Position numbers and translations under genes: made by a program. Shown piece after piece: positions 39,615 through 49,265 of a DNA stretch of 64,000 nt. The notes under the pieces are model-generated. The model saw only the letters and a list, made by a program, of their open reading frames with translations, did no database searches and had not been told where the DNA came from. Every line of letters starts with the position of its first letter. Position 1 is the first letter of the stretch. Source of the DNA: a virus (lineage: Duplodnaviria; Caudoviricetes); IMG/VR virus record IMGVR_UViG_3300005077_000489, positions 147,230-211,229 of that record, one strand, 5' to 3'.

Positions 39615-40175
39615 ATGAGAATCTTAGGAATAGATGGTGCATTAAATCATAGTGGGTGGGCTCTACTAGATATGAAGGACGGAGAAGGTTGGGAAGGTGT
39701 TTCTGCATCTAAGTACGGAACTATAAAAGTTAAGCAGAAAGAAACCTTGGGCTTTAAGTTACAATATATACGTGCCGAACTGGTTAAGTTGTGTAAGTCC
39801 TTGAGACCTGATATCATAGTATTAGAAGATGTCTATTCAGGACCAAACAAGAAGACGGTCGCACGCCTAAACAATGCTAAAGGGGTTTTTGTACTAACTG
39901 TTTATGATTTGTTAGGCAAAGACCCTATTTTTGTTGGTGCTTCCGAAGCAAGGTCATGCTTAGGTCTAAAGAATAAAGAGCATGCTTATTCCTTTTTTGC
40001 AGATAAATATAAATTAAAAGAAAGTGATGATGATATAACTGATGCCTATGTCTTAGCATGGTGGTATATTAAACAGCACCGTGAAGAGTGTAATATAAAA
40101 AAGAAAAGTAAGAGAAGAATCAAAAAAGAAGATGCTGGAACACGAACTAGACAAAAGAATAACAGAAAAAAATAA
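39615..40175 (+). CDS. ruvC: RuvC-like Holliday junction resolvase
   Basis: MRILGIDGALNHSGWALL...PDIIVLEDVY...DDITDAYVLA. Confidence 0.82.
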   Translation: MRILGIDGALNHSGWALLDMKDGEGWEGVSASKYGTIKVKQKETLGFKLQYIRAELVKLCKSLRPDIIVLEDVYSGPNKKTVARLNNAKGVFVLTVYDLLGKDPIFVGASEARSCLGLKNKEHAYSFFADKYKLKESDDDITDAYVLAWWYIKQHREECNIKKKSKRRIKKEDAGTRTRQKNNRKK

Positions 40176-40404
40176 ACCACGAAAACTAGAGAAGAATGGG
40201 CGGGCAGTTGGTCTACAACTCAAAAGTGGTATTAAAATTATAGGTGTGCTCAATGATCATTCCACTAATAAGTTAGTTGTAGAAGATTGGCTGGACCAAG
40301 ATTTAGTAAAGGAAGTACACAGAGCTACAATTGTAAGGATTATGGTTCTAATTGATGGAGGTAATAATGACGGAAAACTTAGAGTATACAAAAGAGCAAC
40401 CTAA
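40132..40404 (+). CDS. Putative Sm-fold (Hfq/LSm-like) protein
   Basis: AVGLQLKSGIKIIGVLND...KLVVED...KEVHRATIVRI aligns by eye with Hfq V-x-I-x-L-x-NG-x-x-L-x-G ... VYKHAISTV. Confidence 0.5.
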   Translation: MLEHELDKRITEKNKPRKLEKNGRAVGLQLKSGIKIIGVLNDHSTNKLVVEDWLDQDLVKEVHRATIVRIMVLIDGGNNDGKLRVYKRAT

Positions 40405-41713
40405 ATTACCGGCGGAGCCAAAGAAGAAGATCCGTCTAGTATTCTATGGGGACGCACCCTGCGTTGCTACAGGATTTGGAAAGGTGTCTAGTAATATTTT
40501 ACCTGTATTTCATGAATCAGGTGATTATGTCATATCATGTTTTGGTGTGAACTATATGAATGTACCACATCCATATCCTTTCCAGATTTATGGTATGTTG
40601 CCTAATCCACAAGGTGACCCCTATGGGCGTGAAAAAATCCAACAGATTTTACCGCAGATGGAGTTTGATATTGCTTTCTTTTTGCAAGACTCCTTTATTT
40701 TAACTTTTCTGCCTAATATTATTAATGAGTGCCGGAAACGCGGGCGGAATTTTAGGTCATTAGTCTATTTTCCTATCGACGGCGTGCCGTGGGTAGAATG
40801 GATACAAGCTATGTCTGCTGCCGATAGATGCGTAACTTACACGCAGTATGGTAGGCGGCAGTGTATAAATGCTTACCCGGAGATAGAGCCTAAACTAGAA
40901 GTAATACCGCACGGTATTAGTCTGAGGGAATTCTATCCCCTGTCGCCGGAGGAAGTAGAACAAAAGCGTAAGGTTTACTTTGGTAAACATGCAGATAAAT
41001 TCATCGTTATTAACGTGAATAGGAATCAACAACGAAAAGACCTACCGGCTAGTATGATGGCTTTTAAATTGTTCAAAGCGGATTGTCCTAATAGTGTGCT
41101 ATATTTACATTGTGCTGAAAAAGATGTAGGTTGGGATTTACCTAGAGTTGCTAAGCATTTAGGATTAAAACTTGGAGAAGATGTATTGTTTCCTCCTAAC
41201 TTCAATGTTAATAGTGGTTATCCAGTAGAGATTGTAAATCATCTGTATAATTGTGCAGATGTGTGCATTTCCTCAACCGTTGGCGAAGGCTGGGGTCTAA
41301 GTGCCTCAGAATGCATGGGAACTAGAACACCAGGTATTTTTCCGCAGAACACGTCTCTGACAGAAATCTTTGCGGATGGGAGAGGTTTCCTTGCTCGTAG
41401 CGGAGATACAGAAAATATGAGAATAGTTCTTCCCATGGATAATGAGGTGGTTAGACCACGAACCAATGTGAATGATGTTGCGAAATATCTTAAGCGTCTT
41501 TATGAGGACAAACAGTCGGGAGGTAGGATAGCAAAAAATATTACTGACAAAGCATACAAGTGGGTCGTAGAGAATCTACAATGGGAGAAACACATAGTCC
41601 CCAGATTTGATAGGATTATTAAAGAACTCGTGTATGACTTAACAAGACCGATAGAAGTAATTAATCCTGGTAGAGAGACAAACGAGGATTGGAGACGTGG
41701 GGAATTAATTTAA
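40367..41713 (+). CDS. Glycosyltransferase, GT4 (GT-B)
   Basis: Start moved to ATG 40367 (SD GGAGGT). TGFGKV; NVNRNQQRKDL; YNCADVCISSTVGEGWGLSASE (E-x7-E). Confidence 0.88.
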   Translation: MTENLEYTKEQPKLPAEPKKKIRLVFYGDAPCVATGFGKVSSNILPVFHESGDYVISCFGVNYMNVPHPYPFQIYGMLPNPQGDPYGREKIQQILPQMEFDIAFFLQDSFILTFLPNIINECRKRGRNFRSLVYFPIDGVPWVEWIQAMSAADRCVTYTQYGRRQCINAYPEIEPKLEVIPHGISLREFYPLSPEEVEQKRKVYFGKHADKFIVINVNRNQQRKDLPASMMAFKLFKADCPNSVLYLHCAEKDVGWDLPRVAKHLGLKLGEDVLFPPNFNVNSGYPVEIVNHLYNCADVCISSTVGEGWGLSASECMGTRTPGIFPQNTSLTEIFADGRGFLARSGDTENMRIVLPMDNEVVRPRTNVNDVAKYLKRLYEDKQSGGRIAKNITDKAYKWVVENLQWEKHIVPRFDRIIKELVYDLTRPIEVINPGRETNEDWRRGELI

Positions 41714-41733
41714 ATATAATAAAGAGGTTAGTA

Positions 41734-42918
41734 ATGGAAACTAGAAATAATGTTGAGGTAAGGATACAAGGTATTAGAATTGTTGGACCAGTATTCGATG
41801 GCAGTGGTTATGCCCAAGGGATTCGTAATTATATTCGTGGGTTATTCAATGCAAAGGTCCCTTTTCATATTTTGCCTATCTCATTCGAAAAGGATCGCCC
41901 TGAACTCACAGACATAATTAATATAAATGGACAGGAAATAACTGAACAAGATTTCTTACGTTCTCTTTGCCATCAAATGGAATATGATGTTAATTTTGTT
42001 AGGTTAAGCCCCGAAATAGCTGTACAATTTTTGGACGATAAAGCAATTAATATATGTGCTTGTGCGTGGGAAACAACACGATTAGATCCACATTGGGTAG
42101 ATTGTTGCAATAGGTTTGATGCTATTTTTGTTGAGAGCCAGTGGTTGGTGCAAGTATTTACAGATTCCGGAGTTAAGAAGCCTATATATTGCGTACCGAA
42201 TTGCGTGGATGTTAGTAAGTATACCCTAAAGGATAAACCTAATATGGATAAGACTTACCAGTTCTATGCTATTATGCAATGGACAGAACGTAAGAACGGA
42301 ATTGGTTTATTGAAGTCTTACTTTAACGCCTTTACTCCTAAAGATGATGTGGTATTAATTCTTAAGACTTATCTTACCCGGGTAGAAGCAGGGAAAGACC
42401 AGAAGACACAAATTGTAGAGCATATAAATAGTTTAAAACGTTCCCTTAATTTACTTACTGGTTACCCACCAGTCTATTTGATTACTGAGAAGTTGACCAA
42501 CGAGGCTCTAATTAAATTACATGAAGATTGTGATTGTTATGCAATGTTAGACCGAGGGGAGGGCTTTGGTCTCCCATATATGGACGCGTGTGCTGCTGGC
42601 AATCCTATTATTGCTCCTAACTTTGGTGGAACTAGAGAATTCCTTAATGAAACTAATAGCTACTGTGTAGACGGTCAACTAACTTACGTTGATAATATGA
42701 TGTGGAGCAATTTTTATCGCGGGAACCAAGCATGGTTTGAGCCTAATTTACTGACTGCTTCTGAATTAATGAGACATGTATATGAGAATAGAGAAGAAGC
42801 CTTTCAGATGGGTTTGAATGCCAGACAGAATGTTGAAGAGAATTTTAATAGAGAAGTAATTACTAATAGGTTACTCGGTGCGTTGGCAGAAGTAGTGGGT
42901 AGAAAGAGAGGCATGTGA
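41734..42918 (+). CDS. Glycosyltransferase, GT4 (GT-B)
   Basis: Start moved to ATG 41734 (SD AGAGGT). DGSGYA; AWETT; QWTERKN; RGEGFGLPYMDACAAGNPII. Confidence 0.88.
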   Translation: METRNNVEVRIQGIRIVGPVFDGSGYAQGIRNYIRGLFNAKVPFHILPISFEKDRPELTDIININGQEITEQDFLRSLCHQMEYDVNFVRLSPEIAVQFLDDKAINICACAWETTRLDPHWVDCCNRFDAIFVESQWLVQVFTDSGVKKPIYCVPNCVDVSKYTLKDKPNMDKTYQFYAIMQWTERKNGIGLLKSYFNAFTPKDDVVLILKTYLTRVEAGKDQKTQIVEHINSLKRSLNLLTGYPPVYLITEKLTNEALIKLHEDCDCYAMLDRGEGFGLPYMDACAAGNPIIAPNFGGTREFLNETNSYCVDGQLTYVDNMMWSNFYRGNQAWFEPNLLTASELMRHVYENREEAFQMGLNARQNVEENFNREVITNRLLGALAEVVGRKRGM

Positions 42919-44690
42919 GTATTGTGAAATTAGCAGTAGATTTGGTAAGAGAGCCCTACAAATTATTGGGAATTAGGATAGAGGGTCGTAAGGAAATATT
43001 CAAAGTATCTTGCCCTAAGGGTCATGAATTTGAGATATCTCGGACTAAGTGGGGTTCTGGGAATAGATGCCCCGTCTGTCGTAATTCTAAAAGTTTAGAT
43101 AATAAACGGAATATAATAAAAGAGTTTTTTAGTAAAGAGGGATATACTCTTTTGTCTGAATATTCTGATGCTCTTACTAAACTAGAATATGTTTGTCCAG
43201 AGGGGCATAAAGGTTCCATTAGGTGGGACCATTTTAGAGATGGATATCGGTGTGGTATATGTACAAAGGGTAGTCACGTAGACCCTGAATATATAAAAGA
43301 CTTATTAGAAAGTGAAAGGTATAAAGTTGTTTCTATTAATAAATTGAAGTGGGATTATGAATTAAGATTAGTATGCCCTAATAACCACAATATTACTATG
43401 AGGTGGTTGACCTTAAAAAAAGGTAAGAGATGTTATGTGTGTGATGGGCGCGTATCTAAGATAAATTATGATATAGTTAAAAATTCATTTGAAGAAGAAG
43501 GTTATGAGCTTTTATCTACTTCATATATTAACTCTGGTTCTTATTTATATTACAGGTGTCCAGAAGGACACGAAGGTAAAATAATATGGTCTAATTGGAA
43601 TAAGGGCATAAGATGTGGTCAGTGTAAGCATGATAGTATGAAGGTTACTGATACTGTTATTAATAATATACTGAGAGGCACTAATAAGACTTATTTAAGT
43701 AAAAGATACGATAATGTTAAATCCCCCTTAGTAACATTGCGTTGTGAATGTGGTGAAGAATTTGAAGTTCGGTTTAGAAATATAAGAAGAACAGGTCCTA
43801 GATGCCCAAGTTGTGATAAATATCATTCTAAGAATGAGGATGAGATTTATAATTTTATATTCGCGTATTATCCTGATACTCTTAGAAATAGATGGGATAT
43901 ATTAAATTCTAGAAATGAGATTGATATTGTTATTCCAGAAAATAAATTGTGTGTTGAATACTGTGGTTTATATTATCATACGGAATTATCTGGTAAAAGA
44001 GAAAAGAACTACCATCTAGATAAACTATTAAAAGCAAATCAAGGAGGCTACAATCTTATTACTATCTTTGAAGACGAATATTTACTGAAGAAAGAATTGG
44101 TATTAAACATGCTATTAAGAAAGATTAATAAATTTAATGGTTTTAAAATATATGCGAGAGATTGTTATATTAAAGAAGTGTCTAGTGAATCTGCTAATCT
44201 TTTCTTAGATAAATATCATATTCAAGGAAAGGGTCATTCTACTAAAAAGGTAGGTGCTTATTTCGGTGACTATTTGGTGGCTCTTATGACATTTTCAAAC
44301 GGAAATATTTCTAAAGGGACCAAGAATAAGGATAAAACCTTTTGGGAGTTGGACAGGTTTGCAGTTCACTCTGATTTTTGTGTAGTTGGAGTTGGTTCAA
44401 AATTATTATCTTATTTTGAAAAAAAGTATGATCATACCGTTATTATCTCGTATGCTGACAGACGCTGGTCTACTGGAAACCTATACTATAAACTGGGTTT
44501 TGAACTAGACGGGTTTACCAGACCCAACTATTGGTATACCAAGGATTACAAAACTAGGATACACAGATTTGCTTTAAGAAAAAATAAAGAGGATGACCAA
44601 GGTATAACAGAATGGGAGAATAGAAAATCTCAGGGGTATGATAGAATCTGGGATTGTGGAAATATGAAATTTATAAAAAGGAATTTGTAA
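42915..44690 (+). CDS. Free-standing Hef-like homing endonuclease with five N-terminal Zn-ribbon repeats
   Basis: Five C-P-x-G-H...C-x-x-C type repeats; EIDIVIPENKLCVEYCGLYYH (PD-(D/E)xK); C-terminal ARDCYIKEV...FLDKYHIQG...WELDRFA...ISYADRRWSTGNLYYKLGF...RIWDCG, as in T4 Hef-type enzymes. Confidence 0.75.
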   Translation: MSIVKLAVDLVREPYKLLGIRIEGRKEIFKVSCPKGHEFEISRTKWGSGNRCPVCRNSKSLDNKRNIIKEFFSKEGYTLLSEYSDALTKLEYVCPEGHKGSIRWDHFRDGYRCGICTKGSHVDPEYIKDLLESERYKVVSINKLKWDYELRLVCPNNHNITMRWLTLKKGKRCYVCDGRVSKINYDIVKNSFEEEGYELLSTSYINSGSYLYYRCPEGHEGKIIWSNWNKGIRCGQCKHDSMKVTDTVINNILRGTNKTYLSKRYDNVKSPLVTLRCECGEEFEVRFRNIRRTGPRCPSCDKYHSKNEDEIYNFIFAYYPDTLRNRWDILNSRNEIDIVIPENKLCVEYCGLYYHTELSGKREKNYHLDKLLKANQGGYNLITIFEDEYLLKKELVLNMLLRKINKFNGFKIYARDCYIKEVSSESANLFLDKYHIQGKGHSTKKVGAYFGDYLVALMTFSNGNISKGTKNKDKTFWELDRFAVHSDFCVVGVGSKLLSYFEKKYDHTVIISYADRRWSTGNLYYKLGFELDGFTRPNYWYTKDYKTRIHRFALRKNKEDDQGITEWENRKSQGYDRIWDCGNMKFIKRNL

Positions 44691-44869
44691 TGAATACTGA
44701 TGATGTGAGTAAACTAAAAGAGAGAATTAAAAATTTAGAAACTTTGTTGGCGGCTAAGCAAATTGAGTTAGATGCATCTGAGGAGCGGGTAGTTAATTTG
44801 GAAAAACGTATAGATGAATTAGTTGGAACATTTTGTGACTTGAACCAGCGTAGAAGAGGCTGCTACTAA
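44690..44869 (+). CDS. Small coiled-coil hypothetical protein
   Basis: Start moved to ATG 44690 (TAATG overlap, SD AAGGA); heptad pattern. Confidence 0.5.
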   Translation: MNTDDVSKLKERIKNLETLLAAKQIELDASEERVVNLEKRIDELVGTFCDLNQRRRGCY

Positions 44870-45759
44870 TGATTTCTATAATTACTTCATTAAGAAATAG
44901 AGCATTTTTATTGGATGTGAGTTTACATAGGATATGTGAAGAACTAGATTGGGGTCCACACAGTAAACTAGAAATTAATGTGGGAGGAGGTATTAGCGAA
45001 GACAACCTAGCTGAAGTACTTGCTAGGGTGAGTAGAACAAACACCGGTAGAACTGTAGTTTGTAAAAAATGGGACCTACCCAGAAGTAAAAGTGTGTATG
45101 CTCATCCTTTTAATTGCCCAGCCGAAGAGTATAACATTCTAGTTAAATTGGCTTCTTCAGAATATATACTAAAGATGGATGCAGAAATGTTTTTAGTGTC
45201 AGAAACATTTATTCCTGAAGCATATAAACTCATTACCAGTGGTAGTTACATTGTGATGCCTTTACCATTACACACTGAATATGCTCCTAGTAGTATTAAT
45301 GAAAGCTCCGATACTATAATTAAGTTATCTTTTGCTAATAAGTATAATACGCATATTAATCCTGCTAATGCACAAACCACTAATGTTTACTATATGGCAA
45401 TGTTTAAACGTACAGATTACTTAAATTTAGGTGGTGTAGATGAACGTTTTGTTGAGAATGGGATCGGGAGTGAAGATGATCATATGCTGTCTGAATGGCG
45501 TAGGGTTTATGGACAAGATAAAACTAGGACATTAACAGAGCACCGGGCGATTCACCAGTGGCATGGGGAATGGGGAAGAGGCGTTCCACAACACTTGCAC
45601 CGTTGGGTACAGGCTAATGCTAATCTTAGACATAAGCTGACAGGTCACAAACCTAACGAAGGTATAGAATGGGGTAGGTTGTATGAGCATATTACACTAA
45701 CAGAATGGCATAACGGGGAAAAGGTGATAGATAATAAATTGTTAGGGGAACTATTATGA
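44869..45759 (+). CDS. Glycosyltransferase, GT2/GT7C-like (GT-A)
   Basis: MISIITSLRNR...EYILKMDAE (DxD-like); LGGVDERF..GIGSEDD matches the GT7C/GT2 'GGFDERF.GWGxED' motif. Confidence 0.8.
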   Translation: MISIITSLRNRAFLLDVSLHRICEELDWGPHSKLEINVGGGISEDNLAEVLARVSRTNTGRTVVCKKWDLPRSKSVYAHPFNCPAEEYNILVKLASSEYILKMDAEMFLVSETFIPEAYKLITSGSYIVMPLPLHTEYAPSSINESSDTIIKLSFANKYNTHINPANAQTTNVYYMAMFKRTDYLNLGGVDERFVENGIGSEDDHMLSEWRRVYGQDKTRTLTEHRAIHQWHGEWGRGVPQHLHRWVQANANLRHKLTGHKPNEGIEWGRLYEHITLTEWHNGEKVIDNKLLGELL

Positions 45760-46760
45760 ATATTGTAATGATTACACCACCTTATGTGGACTCGGTTTCT
45801 ATGTCTGTAACGGATGGGTTGTTACAATTAGGGCATAGAGTTATTGACGGGCGTGGTTTGGGTTTGAACTATATGGAGTCCAAATCTAATCAAGTATTCG
45901 ATACTAATGACGAGTCTGAGGAATTAGATTTATATATCGCAGCAGATACGCACACGGCAGATTGTACAGCTAGTGAGTGGATGACTAAGGATATGAGATT
46001 AGTTAAGAAAATTATAATACATGGGCACGACCGCTGGTCTGGTTATGAAAATGCTCCTGATTGTTACGTGATCCCAGTAGACATGTCTTCGTGGATTGCT
46101 AAAGCGGTTTTTTACAGGGATTGGGACGGTAATCACCCAATTAAAATGTACGATGATAGACAAAGAATATTCAGGGGTGATTTTCCTATCTATCCTATAG
46201 ATTATGCAATTGAACGGAGATACCAAGAAACTTGTAATAAGCATATGAAGCCCTATAGTAAAAGAGAAAATAATGTGGTATTCTTCGGTACTCTATCCAC
46301 CGCCCGCCGAGGTTATTTCTTGGAGCGTTTATCTTCTAGTGTAGATAAGGTTGTTTATGATGCGTATCGCTTCAATACGCCCGATGGTAAATGGTCTAAG
46401 CACGTGTATGGTAGATATACACATGACAATGATTACTATAAAGAATTGTGCAACTCCAAGATGGTTTTTGCTCCGATGGGCGCGGGGTCTTCGTGCTTCA
46501 GACACATGGAAGCCTATGCTTCGGGAGCTATACCAGTTATACAAAGCTATCCTGCAGATATAGTAACACTACATAATTTTATTGATGGAGAGAATTGTAT
46601 CTTATGGTCAGATGAAAAGGAATTAATAGAAAAGGTCTCTTATTATTTGGATAACCCCGCGGAAGGAGAAGAACTGGCTGCTAAGGCATTTAAATACGGA
46701 CAAGAAAATTTAACTACGAAACATCTAGCAGAGTATATACTATCTAAATTGGAGTTTTAA
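45756..46760 (+). CDS. Glycosyltransferase, Glyco_trans_1_2 / exostosin(GT47)-like
   Basis: YYKELCNSKMVFAPMGAGSSCFRHMEAYASGAIPV...ELIEKVSYYLDNP. Confidence 0.75.
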   Translation: MNIVMITPPYVDSVSMSVTDGLLQLGHRVIDGRGLGLNYMESKSNQVFDTNDESEELDLYIAADTHTADCTASEWMTKDMRLVKKIIIHGHDRWSGYENAPDCYVIPVDMSSWIAKAVFYRDWDGNHPIKMYDDRQRIFRGDFPIYPIDYAIERRYQETCNKHMKPYSKRENNVVFFGTLSTARRGYFLERLSSSVDKVVYDAYRFNTPDGKWSKHVYGRYTHDNDYYKELCNSKMVFAPMGAGSSCFRHMEAYASGAIPVIQSYPADIVTLHNFIDGENCILWSDEKELIEKVSYYLDNPAEGEELAAKAFKYGQENLTTKHLAEYILSKLEF

Positions 46761-46762
46761 TC

Positions 46763-47692
46763 TTGAGATTTCAGTTATTTGGTACTCCCTACTATGAGTA
46801 CTGCCAAAGTACTTTAGCAGAGGGATTAAAAGAATTGGGTCATGAAGTATATGGGTGGAACGGGGAAACAACCAACTATAAAGATTTATATCAAGGGCAG
46901 GATATAGATGTCTTTATAAATGCTTTTCCGCACCCTAACAAAGGTGAGAAGATAATTAAGGAAGGTGTACCTAATATAATAATTTGGCCATACGATATTA
47001 GCGATAATTTACCTTTTGAATCGGCTAAGTACAGATTTACCGCAGCATTTGTAAGAGACTTGATGGTTAATCTAGGAAAAAGTGTGTTTCCTTTTAATTA
47101 TGGTATAGAAAACAGGTACTACTGTATAACAGATAAGATTAACAAACCACTAGCAGAGAGACCAATTGATGTGATATTTACTGGTGAAGCAGTAGGGAAA
47201 AGAGTGAGTTATATAAGATTATTACAAGAGCATTTTAAATCATTGAACTGCATGTTGGACTTCAGGAAATACAGTGGCTATCCTTACCAAAGTAAACCCA
47301 ATACCTATTGGTGCCAGTGGGTTAATGGTAGGTTTTGTCATTATGATGATTATTATGAGGCACTATCAGAATCTAAAATCGTACTAAGTTTAAACGGTTC
47401 TGGTCCTGAGTGCGGACGTCATTACGAAGCGTATGCGAGTGGCGGACTCCCCTTGATACAGAAGTCAGGCACTATACAGATAGAGCCTTCTATACCAACG
47501 AGGTTCCCTAATATCGTGTTTGATAGACCTGTAGAATTGTCGGATAAGATATCTTATTACTTGGGACATCTAGACGAGGCACAAAATTTAGCGAATCAGG
47601 TTTTTGAATTCGGAAGAAATAATTTACGTACAATACACAGAGCACAATATGTTTTGGATAAGTTACAGGAGGTTATAAGTGAAGCACGTTAG
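46763..47692 (+). CDS. Glycosyltransferase, Glyco_trans_1_2 / exostosin(GT47)-like (paralog of 45756)
   Basis: TTG start. RPIDVIFTG; YYEALSESKIVLSLNGSGPECGRHYEAYASGGLP...ELSDKISYYL. Confidence 0.75.
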   Translation: MRFQLFGTPYYEYCQSTLAEGLKELGHEVYGWNGETTNYKDLYQGQDIDVFINAFPHPNKGEKIIKEGVPNIIIWPYDISDNLPFESAKYRFTAAFVRDLMVNLGKSVFPFNYGIENRYYCITDKINKPLAERPIDVIFTGEAVGKRVSYIRLLQEHFKSLNCMLDFRKYSGYPYQSKPNTYWCQWVNGRFCHYDDYYEALSESKIVLSLNGSGPECGRHYEAYASGGLPLIQKSGTIQIEPSIPTRFPNIVFDRPVELSDKISYYLGHLDEAQNLANQVFEFGRNNLRTIHRAQYVLDKLQEVISEAR

Positions 47693-48356
47693 ACAAATAA
47701 TAGAAAGTAATAAAGGTATCGTAGATATCGTAGGAGATGATTCCTTGACCCATAAGGGTTTTAAATATCACAGTAGTTTTGATTTTACTGTTGATAAACT
47801 AGATAAGTTCTGTAATGTTATAAGATTACTGGAGGCAGAGTGTGGCGGAGATACGGTTATAGAATTGGGTTGTGGCTCGTCGGTCATGGCTACATGCTTG
47901 AAAGAGGAGACTTCTTATTTAGGTCTGGATGGTAATCCTGATGCAGGTATGTATGTCAAGGGTATGAATAAAGAGAACAAACACGTTATAGTTGTAGACT
48001 TTACTAAAGAATTTATGTTAGAGCCTACAGTTAAGGCAGATTTGCTTATTTCCTTTGATGTCTTCGAACATCTTCCTGAGGAAAAGATAGATTTTGTTAT
48101 TAAACAAGTGAGTCGTTTACTGAAGCCGAATGGCCTAGCTTTTTTCATAATAGATAGGCTTCCTCTCCAAGAACATATAACAATTAGGGACCTAAGTTGG
48201 TGGCAGAATAAATTTGAGACTATAAATAAGTGGCGTAGAATTGAATCAGAATCTTTTATGCAAGTGTTAAGGGAGAACCCTTGTGGGCATTGGGTACAAA
48301 ACATACAGTGGCATAATTATTTGCTCTACAGGGGTGATGGTAATGGGCTCTTTTAG
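47679..48356 (+). CDS. Class I SAM-dependent methyltransferase
   Basis: VIELGCGS; DLLISFDVFEHL; RLLKPNG. Confidence 0.85.
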   Translation: MKHVRQIIESNKGIVDIVGDDSLTHKGFKYHSSFDFTVDKLDKFCNVIRLLEAECGGDTVIELGCGSSVMATCLKEETSYLGLDGNPDAGMYVKGMNKENKHVIVVDFTKEFMLEPTVKADLLISFDVFEHLPEEKIDFVIKQVSRLLKPNGLAFFIIDRLPLQEHITIRDLSWWQNKFETINKWRRIESESFMQVLRENPCGHWVQNIQWHNYLLYRGDGNGLF

Positions 48357-49263
48357 TCTTAATGGTTTAGAATATACTTATCTGCATAACAACCCTAACC
48401 CTAATGCTAAGTACGGATTAGCAATTACGTTCTGGTACACTAATATGAATGAACTTATCTTCTTTTTGCAATTGATAAATAAGACGTGGCTAAATAGGGA
48501 TAAGATAGAAATTGCAATTTGTTCTTTCGCTGATTTAAGCCCTGCACAATACGAAGCGTGCGAACCTTTGTGCGAGAAGATTATTAAACCTAGCTTTAAT
48601 CCAGGAAAAGAATCCGGGACTACATCACACATGAATGGTGCTGTACATTCCCTTCTGCAGAACCCGAATTTGAAAACTATAACTCATGTTGACTCAGATG
48701 AAATAATCATTAACCACGCTTATTTCTTTGGTTATGCTAATATGCTATTAGACTCAGGTAAAGTTATGCTGAATACTCAAGAGACTTATTTGTATGATAT
48801 GCAAACTATGACTGAGTATAAAGTAGAGTACAAAGAAGATTGGACTAAAAGATTAAATCATTTCATGATCGTGAATACTGCTAAGATAGGTAATTATTTT
48901 CCGGTCAGGATGGCTGGTAATTTTCATAAAGATTTGTGGGATCACTTTGTAGACTCCGGGTTTACACATGATGATTTATTCTTACTGAAACGTGTAGTTA
49001 CTACTAATGATATACAACCTAATATGCTATATGGCTTTAATTTTCACTTAGGCAACGTACACGAATGTAATACTTGTGAGTGGCCGGAGAATGAGGATAG
49101 GAAAATACGGCTGTTAAGACTTATGTCAGTGCCTATATGGGATGATATAATCTTAGGATTCAAGTGGCACGTGAACAGAGAGTCCCCTGTACCTAATTAT
49201 AAGATCTCTAAGCAACCCCCATATGATGGTTATGACACTAATATGTACGATATAAGGAGATAA
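48343..49263 (+). CDS. Putative GT-A fold glycosyltransferase
   Basis: Start likely ATG 48343 (SD GGGGTG). NPGKESG...MNGAV...TITHVDSD (DxD); weaker similarity than the others. Confidence 0.5.
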   Translation: MGSFSLNGLEYTYLHNNPNPNAKYGLAITFWYTNMNELIFFLQLINKTWLNRDKIEIAICSFADLSPAQYEACEPLCEKIIKPSFNPGKESGTTSHMNGAVHSLLQNPNLKTITHVDSDEIIINHAYFFGYANMLLDSGKVMLNTQETYLYDMQTMTEYKVEYKEDWTKRLNHFMIVNTAKIGNYFPVRMAGNFHKDLWDHFVDSGFTHDDLFLLKRVVTTNDIQPNMLYGFNFHLGNVHECNTCEWPENEDRKIRLLRLMSVPIWDDIILGFKWHVNRESPVPNYKISKQPPYDGYDTNMYDIRR

Positions 49264-49265
49264 CA

